A stretch of DNA of 64,000 nt from a virus. Below the pieces are notes generated by a model. That model did not search any database and was not told where the DNA came from. It saw nothing but the letters and a program-made list of their open reading frames with translations. This document shows, in pieces, positions 56,581 through 64,000 of this stretch. Made by a program: the position numbers and the translations under genes. Each line of letters opens with the position of its first letter. The first letter of the stretch is position 1. The stretch is taken from the IMG/VR virus record IMGVR_UViG_3300011116_000796, positions 1-64,000 of that record. One strand, written 5' to 3'.

Positions 56581-57183
56581 ATGATTGGACCAAGCCCATA
56601 CAAAGGTAACTTCCCAAATGTCAAGGACACAACAGTCGATCCGACATCTGTCGGAGGAGTTTTAGTTCCTGATAAAAGTATCAGGCAAGAGTTCATAGGT
56701 TTGTCGGAAGTTCCGACAATAGAGGTTCCATCAACATATGATGATGCATTACTCAATGACGAGTTATTAAATAATTTGGAGGTTGTTGAGGAGAATTTAG
56801 AGGAGGTGTTTCCTCAGTCACCCCCTAAAGAGGTGGTAGCATTTGGGATTCCTGTAGCCGATGATGTATCTCCTTTGGCATTTGGGGGTGGATTTGGAAC
56901 TAAGAAAGAATCAGAACCGATTAAATTAGGAAGTTCATTATCTTTAGATGAAACGAGAGTGCTACTTAAAAACTCTGTGATTTCAATCGGGATTAGTGGT
57001 GGAGTAGGAGGCGACTATGAATTGGGAACCAAACTGATTTACAGTTTGGAACAGCAGAAAAAACTCAACCAGATTCTTTCTACACAGTATGTTCCGGAGA
57101 ATTTGGACACTCAGATTGTCCCCGATGCTCCTTTATTTGTGGTTGGAGATCCTCCCACCGTTGTTGATGGGGGAGATTTCTAA
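56581..57183 (+). CDS. Acidic hypothetical baseplate-region protein ending in VVDGGDF
   Basis: In-operon ORF; C-terminal DGGxF like the fibre genes. Confidence 0.55.
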   Translation: MIGPSPYKGNFPNVKDTTVDPTSVGGVLVPDKSIRQEFIGLSEVPTIEVPSTYDDALLNDELLNNLEVVEENLEEVFPQSPPKEVVAFGIPVADDVSPLAFGGGFGTKKESEPIKLGSSLSLDETRVLLKNSVISIGISGGVGGDYELGTKLIYSLEQQKKLNQILSTQYVPENLDTQIVPDAPLFVVGDPPTVVDGGDF

Positions 57184-57860
57184 TGCCAATGACAAGTGAC
57201 CAATATCCGATTGAGTACTACTACCCAGGAGGTTTTGGTGCAACATCGCAGAATTGTATGTTCACTTGGAAAGCGACCGATGAGACTTTTGGAAGAACTC
57301 CCATATATGAGAATCAGAGAGTTTGCGGTAATGGTTGTAATAATTTGAGAATAACGGCAAATTATACGAGGTGTTCAGCAGCAGCCAAAAATGGAACATA
57401 TATTCCACCAAATGTGGGTGATAGGTTTACTCTTTCCGAGTGCTGTGGTCCGGGTGATGGTCCCATCAAATACGCACTTTTAGGCGGTGAATTTCCGCCC
57501 AGTTTATATTTGAATATTGACACAGGAAAATTGTGCGGATTTATAGATGGAATTGAAAAAATTGCGCCGAAACGTCTTAGTGTTCCCCCAAATTTCAGAT
57601 TCAATGAGTCTAACTATTTGTCTTTTGCAGTTGGCGGTCTTGCTGCTAGGTTTTTAGTTAGAGCATTTGATTCGGGAAATACAGGACACTATGACGATAG
57701 GTATTTAACGATGAATATCAGAACAGATTGGAGTGCTAGGCGTGATAGGTTTGTCCTAAATATCGATAATCAGTTTTACATAGATGGAAGACCAGTATCA
57801 AACAAAGAATATCTTTTGGGAATGAAAAGAAAAGGTTACTATCCAGGACCAGGATGTTGA
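57183..57860 (+). CDS. Putative Ig-like (He_PIG-type) baseplate protein
   Basis: YALLGGEFPPSLYLNIDTGKLCG, F.VRAFD. Confidence 0.5.
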   Translation: MPMTSDQYPIEYYYPGGFGATSQNCMFTWKATDETFGRTPIYENQRVCGNGCNNLRITANYTRCSAAAKNGTYIPPNVGDRFTLSECCGPGDGPIKYALLGGEFPPSLYLNIDTGKLCGFIDGIEKIAPKRLSVPPNFRFNESNYLSFAVGGLAARFLVRAFDSGNTGHYDDRYLTMNIRTDWSARRDRFVLNIDNQFYIDGRPVSNKEYLLGMKRKGYYPGPGC

Positions 57861-57866
57861 GGAAAA

Positions 57867-58154
57867 ATGCCAGCAGTACATAGACTAAGGGATATCTGCA
57901 CGGGACACGGATGTTTTCCTCCGAGACCAAATATATCAGCATCATCAAATGTGATCGTTAATAGTAGAGGGTGGCACAGAAGAAATGATGGGTGGAAAAA
58001 GCATTGTTGCGGTAAATCTTGTCACGCAAGCACCACTGCACAAGGATCAACAAGTGTGTTCGTTAATAGTAGACAGGCAGTAAGAATAGGTGATCCAGTT
58101 AAATGTGGGTCAGCAGCAGGAACAGGTTCTCCAAATGTGTTTTGTGGCGGATGA
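57867..58154 (+). CDS. PAAR-like spike tip (gp5.4-like)
   Basis: MPAVHRLRDICTGHGCFPP...H...GSTSVFVN...AVRIGDPVKCGS....GSPNVF. Confidence 0.9.
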   Translation: MPAVHRLRDICTGHGCFPPRPNISASSNVIVNSRGWHRRNDGWKKHCCGKSCHASTTAQGSTSVFVNSRQAVRIGDPVKCGSAAGTGSPNVFCGG

Positions 58155-58170
58155 TTGAGGGAAATTACAA

Positions 58171-58563
58171 ATGGCATCATTTAACGGAAATTCAGCAGAT
58201 CTAGACATCAACTTCGAAAGAAACTTGTTTACAAATGATGTTTCTGTGAAGTCAGGAGAAGAGGCCATCCGTAGGGCAGTCAAGAATCTAATTCTTCTAA
58301 AGACAAACGAGAAACCTTTTCACCCAGAGATAAATTCAGGGGTTTCCGATATTCTGTTTGAGAATGTTGATCCGATTATCATGGAAGAACTCAAGAGAAG
58401 AATCAAACAGATTATTGCACGTTATGAGCCGAGAGTATCTAAGAGCATCATCAACCTAGAATACAACATAGACCGAAACACAGTTACCGTTAAGATTCTT
58501 TACACAATAAAGAATGTTCCAACTGTATTCACGGCTGATTTAACACTACAGAGGACACGCTAA
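58171..58563 (+). CDS. 25: Baseplate wedge subunit gp25
   Basis: DLDINF, AIRRAVKNLIL....EKPFHP, LFEN, YEPRV, L.RTR. Confidence 0.92.
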   Translation: MASFNGNSADLDINFERNLFTNDVSVKSGEEAIRRAVKNLILLKTNEKPFHPEINSGVSDILFENVDPIIMEELKRRIKQIIARYEPRVSKSIINLEYNIDRNTVTVKILYTIKNVPTVFTADLTLQRTR

Positions 58564-60494
58564 TGTCTAATACCCCTATCCGTGAACTTGACTTTGATCA
58601 GATAAAGCAAAGCCTTAAAGATTATTTGCGTGGTCAAGATAAGTTCAAAGACTACGACTTCGAAGGGTCTACACTCAACATTCTATTGGATTTGCTTGCA
58701 TATAATACGCATTACCAGGCGTTTTATGCAAACATGGTCGCAAATGAAGCCTTTCTTGATTCGGCTGTTGTGAGAAACTCTGTCGTTTCTTTGGCAAAAC
58801 ATCTTAACTATAGACCAAGATCGAAGAAGTCCGCACGAATTGCAGTAAATGTTGAGTTATCACCGATCACATCAGGAAGATCGCAGCCTGCTGGAGTGAC
58901 TGTCGCATCTGGTAAAGAATATGTAAATGCAGGGACTACATTTTTTGCAAGAAATTCACAGGGGCAAAATGTATCGTTTGTGACTCTAGACAATTTTAGA
59001 GTTCGGGTTTTTGGAGGGAGATTTGTTGCTTCTGATGTCATCCTACATGAGGGGGTTCTTAAGACATCTTCGTACATAGTTAATGCAAAGGATACACTAC
59101 AGAGATTTGTGATTGAGGATCAAAACATTGATATAGATACGCTTTCTGTCAGAGTACAGAGGTCGGTGACAGACACAGAGGGGTTTGATGAAATCTGGGC
59201 GAGATCGACAGACATCAATACTCTTAATGGGAGTTCAAGGGTCTTCTTTGTACAAGAGGCAGAGAACGGTAAGTGGGAAATATATTTCGGTGATGGTATA
59301 GTAGGAAAGGCATTGGAAAACGGAAATTTAATTCAAATGGTGTATCTCTCCACAAATGGAGAAAGTGGAAATGGAATCGGATCTACAGACTCTACCTCTT
59401 CAAGAGTTTTCACATCAAACAATCCTGAGTTTTTGGTGGAAGTGATCAAGGACTCAAGGGGAATTCCACAGCCATCTTACGGTGGAGCAGAACCCGAGAG
59501 TACAGAATCTATTAAGTTTCATGCTCCTAAAAACTATCAGGCACAAGACCGAGCGGTAACATCAGAAGATTATCTCTCCATTCTCGCAAGAGAGTATTCC
59601 ATCAGATCAGAATCTTTCTTGGTTTGGGGAGGAGAGGAAAACGACCCACCACAATACGGAAAGGTCTTCATCTCAATCAAACCCAAAAATGCGGGTCGGC
59701 TTACTATTACAGAAAAGCAAGCAATTTCTAGGACTGTTTTAGGTCAAAGGAACTTGGTTACTGTCACCCCCGAAATAGTAGATCCAGATTTGACATATAT
59801 CAATACTGATGTATCGGTATTTTATGATCCACAGTTGACAACAGCAACTCCAGACGTTTTGATATCGGGGATCTCCTCTAAAATTGTTGAATATGGAGAT
59901 ACATTCTTAGATCAGTTTGGAAAGAATTTCAGGCAATCTAAGTTCAGTTCTTTCATAGACGCTCTCGACCCGTCCATCAATAGTAGCAATGTCAAGTTGA
60001 AATTGGAAAAGCGTATAGAGCCACAATTTGAAAGGACTTTGCCCTACACAGTTAAGTTTGATAATGCAGTCTTTCATCCGGTTGATGGATACCCTCCCGT
60101 ACTTAGTTCATCATCATTCTATTACAGAGATTTAACATCGACTGCTGTAAATAAACCAACTGTTATTGCATATTTGGATGATGATGGATATGGTAATATT
60201 CGAATCTACAAAAAGGTGGGCGAGGAGAGAATTTATCTAGTTAGTAGAGCAGGAACAATTAACTATACAAATGGCCTGATTCAACTCAAATCTTTCTCTC
60301 CTTTGGGTATTCCTGATCCAGATGGTTCAGTGGAGATCAAAATTATCATTGTTCCTGATCGGGGAGATGTTTTGGTTCGTAGAAATCAAGTTTTGTTAAT
60401 CAACGACAGAGAAATAAATGTTGTTGTCGTGCCTGAAAAAACAGTTATTGATAGAAATGCAAGCGATAGTGGATTCCCATTTAGGACAAACTAA
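58563..60494 (+). CDS. 6: Baseplate wedge subunit gp6
   Basis: ELDFDQIK, FKDYDFEGS.L..LLDLLAYNTHY, NEAFLDSA..RNSVVS.AK.L.Y.PRS, FGDG..GK, QDRAVT..DY, WGGEE..PPQYGKVFISIKP. Confidence 0.95.
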   Translation: MSNTPIRELDFDQIKQSLKDYLRGQDKFKDYDFEGSTLNILLDLLAYNTHYQAFYANMVANEAFLDSAVVRNSVVSLAKHLNYRPRSKKSARIAVNVELSPITSGRSQPAGVTVASGKEYVNAGTTFFARNSQGQNVSFVTLDNFRVRVFGGRFVASDVILHEGVLKTSSYIVNAKDTLQRFVIEDQNIDIDTLSVRVQRSVTDTEGFDEIWARSTDINTLNGSSRVFFVQEAENGKWEIYFGDGIVGKALENGNLIQMVYLSTNGESGNGIGSTDSTSSRVFTSNNPEFLVEVIKDSRGIPQPSYGGAEPESTESIKFHAPKNYQAQDRAVTSEDYLSILAREYSIRSESFLVWGGEENDPPQYGKVFISIKPKNAGRLTITEKQAISRTVLGQRNLVTVTPEIVDPDLTYINTDVSVFYDPQLTTATPDVLISGISSKIVEYGDTFLDQFGKNFRQSKFSSFIDALDPSINSSNVKLKLEKRIEPQFERTLPYTVKFDNAVFHPVDGYPPVLSSSSFYYRDLTSTAVNKPTVIAYLDDDGYGNIRIYKKVGEERIYLVSRAGTINYTNGLIQLKSFSPLGIPDPDGSVEIKIIIVPDRGDVLVRRNQVLLINDREINVVVVPEKTVIDRNASDSGFPFRTN

Positions 60495-62603
60495 ATGACA
60501 AGCAAACCACTCAATGATATTAGTGATTTGGTGTCAGGAAGACTTCCTGAATTTATCAGAGTTGATCACCCAACACTTGTTGCATTTTTGGATGCCTATT
60601 ATGAGTGGCTACAGAACAAAGACAGATCAGGCAAAATTCTAAGCCCTATGGTTCTACAAGATGTGATTGATGTTGATGATACTTTGAATGATTTTGTCAA
60701 GCAATTCAAAAATCAGTATCTCTACAATTTTCCCGAAAAATTAGCCACATCTAAAGATGGAACTCCTTTAGATATTCGAAAATTGATGAAGCACATCAAA
60801 GCCTTTTATCGTTCAAAGGGCACGGAAAAGTCATATGAGTTTTTGTTTAGAATATTGTATGATGCTTCCGTTGAAATTTATTATCCAAAACAAGATATTC
60901 TCAGAGTCTCAGATGCAAAATGGTATCAGAAAACTTCAATAAAGTCATCAAACTCACTCGGTGACCGAATCTTTGATTCTATCGGCAGAATCATCTATCA
61001 GAAAAACATTGAGGGAAAAATAACGTCATCGGCAAAAGTCATAGATGTTAATTTGTATCAACAAGATCAATATGAAGTTGCCGAACTTGTTTTGACAGGG
61101 AAAAATGGATCGTTTTCTCCTGGAAGTAGAGGTTTTTCATTTGAAGTTGATAATCAAGTTCTTCGTGAACTTAAGATATACGATGTAGTCACATCAGTAA
61201 CCGTAAGTAATGGTGGATCAGGATATACTGTTGGAGACAGAGTCATATTTACTGCTGTTGCTGGTGATAGTGGAATTGCTGCAAGAGGTCAGGTTTCAGT
61301 TGTTAGTGCAACAGGATCGATAAAAAGAATCAAGATGGATGACTTTGGACTCAATTATGGTGTGAGTCCTTCTATAACAGTTCAATCAATAAATGGATCT
61401 GGATTTTCTGGTGTTGCAAATTTGGGAGCATTGTGTGAGTCAGAAGGCTACTATGTAAATACAGATGGCAGATTGAGTAGCAAGAAAGTCATCCAAGACA
61501 ACCATTACTACCAAGACTTCTCATATGTTCTAAAAACAGAGTTAGTCATTGATGAGTATCGTGAAGCAGTTCGTAGATTGATACACCCTGCGGGAACTGC
61601 CATGTTTGGTCAAGTTTTAATCAAGAGATGCGCTAAGGAAGATTTGACAAACGCCTCTACGCTTATGCGGTTTGAGCGTCCCATAATTGGTCATTACTGC
61701 CCATACACATTTAACACATACAACAATTTACAAGAATGGTTCTCAATTCCAGGTACCGGGGATTCGTTGGGTACGAATATCCCATCTGGATATAACCCAA
61801 ATAAGCATGACTCGCTAATTCAATATGGCGGCAAAGCCGGTACACCCGATCAACTCACCACTATCGGAAATCCAATAACAAATTTGATCCCATTTGTTGA
61901 AGCAACCGGACCTTCGTTTTCGCCTCTCGGTCTTAGCGGATATCAAAATGCAGATCCTTTCTGGATCATTTACGAGCATCCAAATAGAAAAATTAGTGGA
62001 CCGACCATAGCACAAATTTGGAGAAATCAACTGTCCGATTTTGTGAATACATGGCCTGAGTGGTGTTCAGTTACAGGTGGTGGCCCACCAAACGGATGGA
62101 CAGCGGATTTCCAAGACCCATCTTTTGAGAAGAAATATGCCTTCTTGAAATACAACGACACATCATCGTTCAGAAAGATAACAGCAAGAGCATTTTTTGA
62201 AATGCCAATCGGTGAGGAATTTGACTGTAAGGTTGAGTCTAGAGAAGCATTCGCTAGGCCAGTTATGAACATATTGCAGCCTTTGAATGGGCAGGAGGTA
62301 AACTCTAAAATAGAGTCTTGTCCAATCACAATCAGATTTGATATACAAAACAGTCAGAATTTACCTAGAGTTTCAGGTTTCGATCAGGATAGTAAGATCA
62401 GAATCTCTATGTCTCCAAATACTGTTCCTTCTCTTAAAAAACCAGTTTATCTCGACATCAATGAAAGAGAATTTCATGCAAATTCTGTGCCCGAAGGCAT
62501 TTATTCTGTTCGTGTGGATGTTGTTGATAGATTATTCAGGCCCATACAGAGATTGTCTGACAGCGTAGTCTTTGAATATACATGCTTACCACCAAATCCG
62601 TGA
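60495..62603 (+). CDS. 7: Baseplate wedge subunit gp7-like
   Basis: LPEFIR.DHP..V.FL.AYYEW, FYRSKGT..SY.FLFRILY, IQDN.YYQDFSYVLK, HPAG..MFG. Confidence 0.85.
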   Translation: MTSKPLNDISDLVSGRLPEFIRVDHPTLVAFLDAYYEWLQNKDRSGKILSPMVLQDVIDVDDTLNDFVKQFKNQYLYNFPEKLATSKDGTPLDIRKLMKHIKAFYRSKGTEKSYEFLFRILYDASVEIYYPKQDILRVSDAKWYQKTSIKSSNSLGDRIFDSIGRIIYQKNIEGKITSSAKVIDVNLYQQDQYEVAELVLTGKNGSFSPGSRGFSFEVDNQVLRELKIYDVVTSVTVSNGGSGYTVGDRVIFTAVAGDSGIAARGQVSVVSATGSIKRIKMDDFGLNYGVSPSITVQSINGSGFSGVANLGALCESEGYYVNTDGRLSSKKVIQDNHYYQDFSYVLKTELVIDEYREAVRRLIHPAGTAMFGQVLIKRCAKEDLTNASTLMRFERPIIGHYCPYTFNTYNNLQEWFSIPGTGDSLGTNIPSGYNPNKHDSLIQYGGKAGTPDQLTTIGNPITNLIPFVEATGPSFSPLGLSGYQNADPFWIIYEHPNRKISGPTIAQIWRNQLSDFVNTWPEWCSVTGGGPPNGWTADFQDPSFEKKYAFLKYNDTSSFRKITARAFFEMPIGEEFDCKVESREAFARPVMNILQPLNGQEVNSKIESCPITIRFDIQNSQNLPRVSGFDQDSKIRISMSPNTVPSLKKPVYLDINEREFHANSVPEGIYSVRVDVVDRLFRPIQRLSDSVVFEYTCLPPNP

Positions 62604-62620
62604 GGTCTAAATAAACAGCC

Positions 62621-64000
62621 ATGTCAAGTTGCGACCCATTTCGTCAAAATCACAAAAGATTCATAGTTGATACGCTTGTAAATCAATACAGCGATATCTC
62701 AGATGATAATCTGTACCTTAGTATAGGTAAAATTACTCCTTGGGGAGCAACTCAAGGTAGTGATATACCTGTAAGATCTTTGGATTCTGTGGAAGATGAT
62801 ACTAATTTTTGGCGGGGCATGATCGCAGCCAAAAGGATCAATAGATCAGATGTTTCGTTCGTCATTCGTAGGGTAGATTGGACATCGGGAACAGTTTATA
62901 CGGCCTACAGAAATAATGTCGATCTATTTGACGATCTGAGTCCAGCAGACTTTTATGCACTTGTTGATGAGGAAAGAGTTTATATCTGTATAGACAACAA
63001 TTTAGGCTCACAGTCTTTAATTCCACCCACTCACACAGATTCGATTGTTAGAAAATTGAGTGATGGGTATCGGTGGAAGTTTCTTTACCAAATTCCCGAA
63101 AGTAAACGAAAGTTCCTGACAAAGAGTAAAGTTGGTTCTATTGGGTACATGCCTGTTGAATTTGTTGAGTCTATTCGTGAAAACGATGATAGAGTGTTGC
63201 AATGGAATGTTCAGCAAGCAGCAGTAAATGGAAAAATAGAGTTTGCTTACATGGATGAACCCGCAAAAGCATATTGGGTTTCAAGTCCATCGTGTGTTCT
63301 TCCATCAAATGCAAATATAGTCGTTGACAATGTTGCATCTGGAGGGACTACAGTACAAATATCATCTCCTGAACTATCACCCAATTCAGACTTCTACACA
63401 AACATGATCATATCATTTGATGCTGGTCCTGGTCAGGGGCAGCGTAGAACCATCAAGGAGTATAATTGGCTTGGTGTTACGGCAAGAGTGGTCGTAGATC
63501 CACTTGTTCTTGGTATATCGGGATCATCAAATCCAAACACACAAACCTTCTTTAGTATTCAGCCTAAAGTCACAGTGAATGGTGATGGGTTTGCTAATAG
63601 TAACACATACAATCCAACAAATAGAACCGCAGATTTTCAGGTTAAGTTTGGTGAAACAGCAGGGGTATCAGCCGATTGTAGTAATATTTTGTCTCGGTAC
63701 GTCAAAAGTATCGAAATTGTAGATGGTGGCAAAGATTATACATTTATCGAACTCGACATTCCAAAGGGACTGACAACAGTATTTTCAAACACACCAAGAG
63801 AATATCTTGATCTGAAAAAGGTTCTTCATGGTGTCATCCCCCCTCCCGGAGGCCACGGTGCAAATCCATTCAAAGAACTTGGGTGTGCTGCATATATGAT
63901 TGTAAAGGATTTTGATGGGGATGAATTGGTTCAGGGAAATTGTGCTGAGGGGTGTACCGAAACAAGTAAATTGGATACGGACAATGATTTTAGACAATTC
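62621..64000 (+). CDS. 8: Baseplate wedge subunit gp8 (3'-partial, not in the ORF track)
   Basis: Manual translation MSSCDPFRQNHK...LYLSIGK..PW...MIAAKRI...VIRRVDWTSGTVY...VYICIDNN...PTHT...DGYRWKFLY...GHGANP.KELG; TAAATA 7 nt upstream. Confidence 0.9.
   Translation, partial: MSSCDPFRQNHKRFIVDTLVNQYSDISDDNLYLSIGKITPWGATQGSDIPVRSLDSVEDDTNFWRGMIAAKRINRSDVSFVIRRVDWTSGTVYTAYRNNVDLFDDLSPADFYALVDEERVYICIDNNLGSQSLIPPTHTDSIVRKLSDGYRWKFLYQIPESKRKFLTKSKVGSIGYMPVEFVESIRENDDRVLQWNVQQAAVNGKIEFAYMDEPAKAYWVSSPSCVLPSNANIVVDNVASGGTTVQISSPELSPNSDFYTNMIISFDAGPGQGQRRTIKEYNWLGVTARVVVDPLVLGISGSSNPNTQTFFSIQPKVTVNGDGFANSNTYNPTNRTADFQVKFGETAGVSADCSNILSRYVKSIEIVDGGKDYTFIELDIPKGLTTVFSNTPREYLDLKKVLHGVIPPPGGHGANPFKELGCAAYMIVKDFDGDELVQGNCAEGCTETSKLDTDNDFRQF

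Overview
A 64-kb segment of a large T4-like (Kyanoviridae/Tevenvirinae-style) myovirus genome, densely coded in the standard genetic code. All family calls come from motif recognition by eye; no database search was run. Left to right: (i) 1-12.4 kb, putative head-associated proteins, led by a 5'-truncated multidomain protein with a RimK ATP-grasp ligase, a RimB-type aspartyl protease, a poly-Glu linker, and DUF5824-like and DUF3140-like parts; (ii) primase gp61 and ThyX; (iii) an 11-kb fibre cassette (collagen fibre, five further fibre genes, a Gly-rich tip protein, a methyltransferase) between thyX and a class II (B12) ribonucleotide reductase; (iv) two large Cys-rich orphans; (v) the replication/recombination/late-transcription block (gp46, gp47, gp55, UvsW, UvsY, RuvC-like, RNase H, exonuclease, gp33, gp32); (vi) the tail/baseplate block (tape measure-like, gp26/gp51-like, gp54, gp2, gp4, gp48, gp53, hub, gp5, PAAR, gp25, gp6, gp7, partial gp8). 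Strongest non-standard signals: a 'plug-and-socket' pattern in the fibre genes, where every C-terminal GGxF is followed by a gene with the same N-terminal head domain; a RimK/RimB writer-eraser pair inside a probable protease-processed polyprotein; an unannotated -1 frameshift (T TTT TTC) fusing the gp26-like and gp51-like frames just upstream of the tape measure; a pervasive G-x-T-(G/A/S) motif in virion proteins; leaderless or near-leaderless genes behind TTGACA-N16 and TAAATA promoters; and an apparent AUC start for gp4. No tRNA, CRISPR array, intron, intein or reverse transcriptase was seen.
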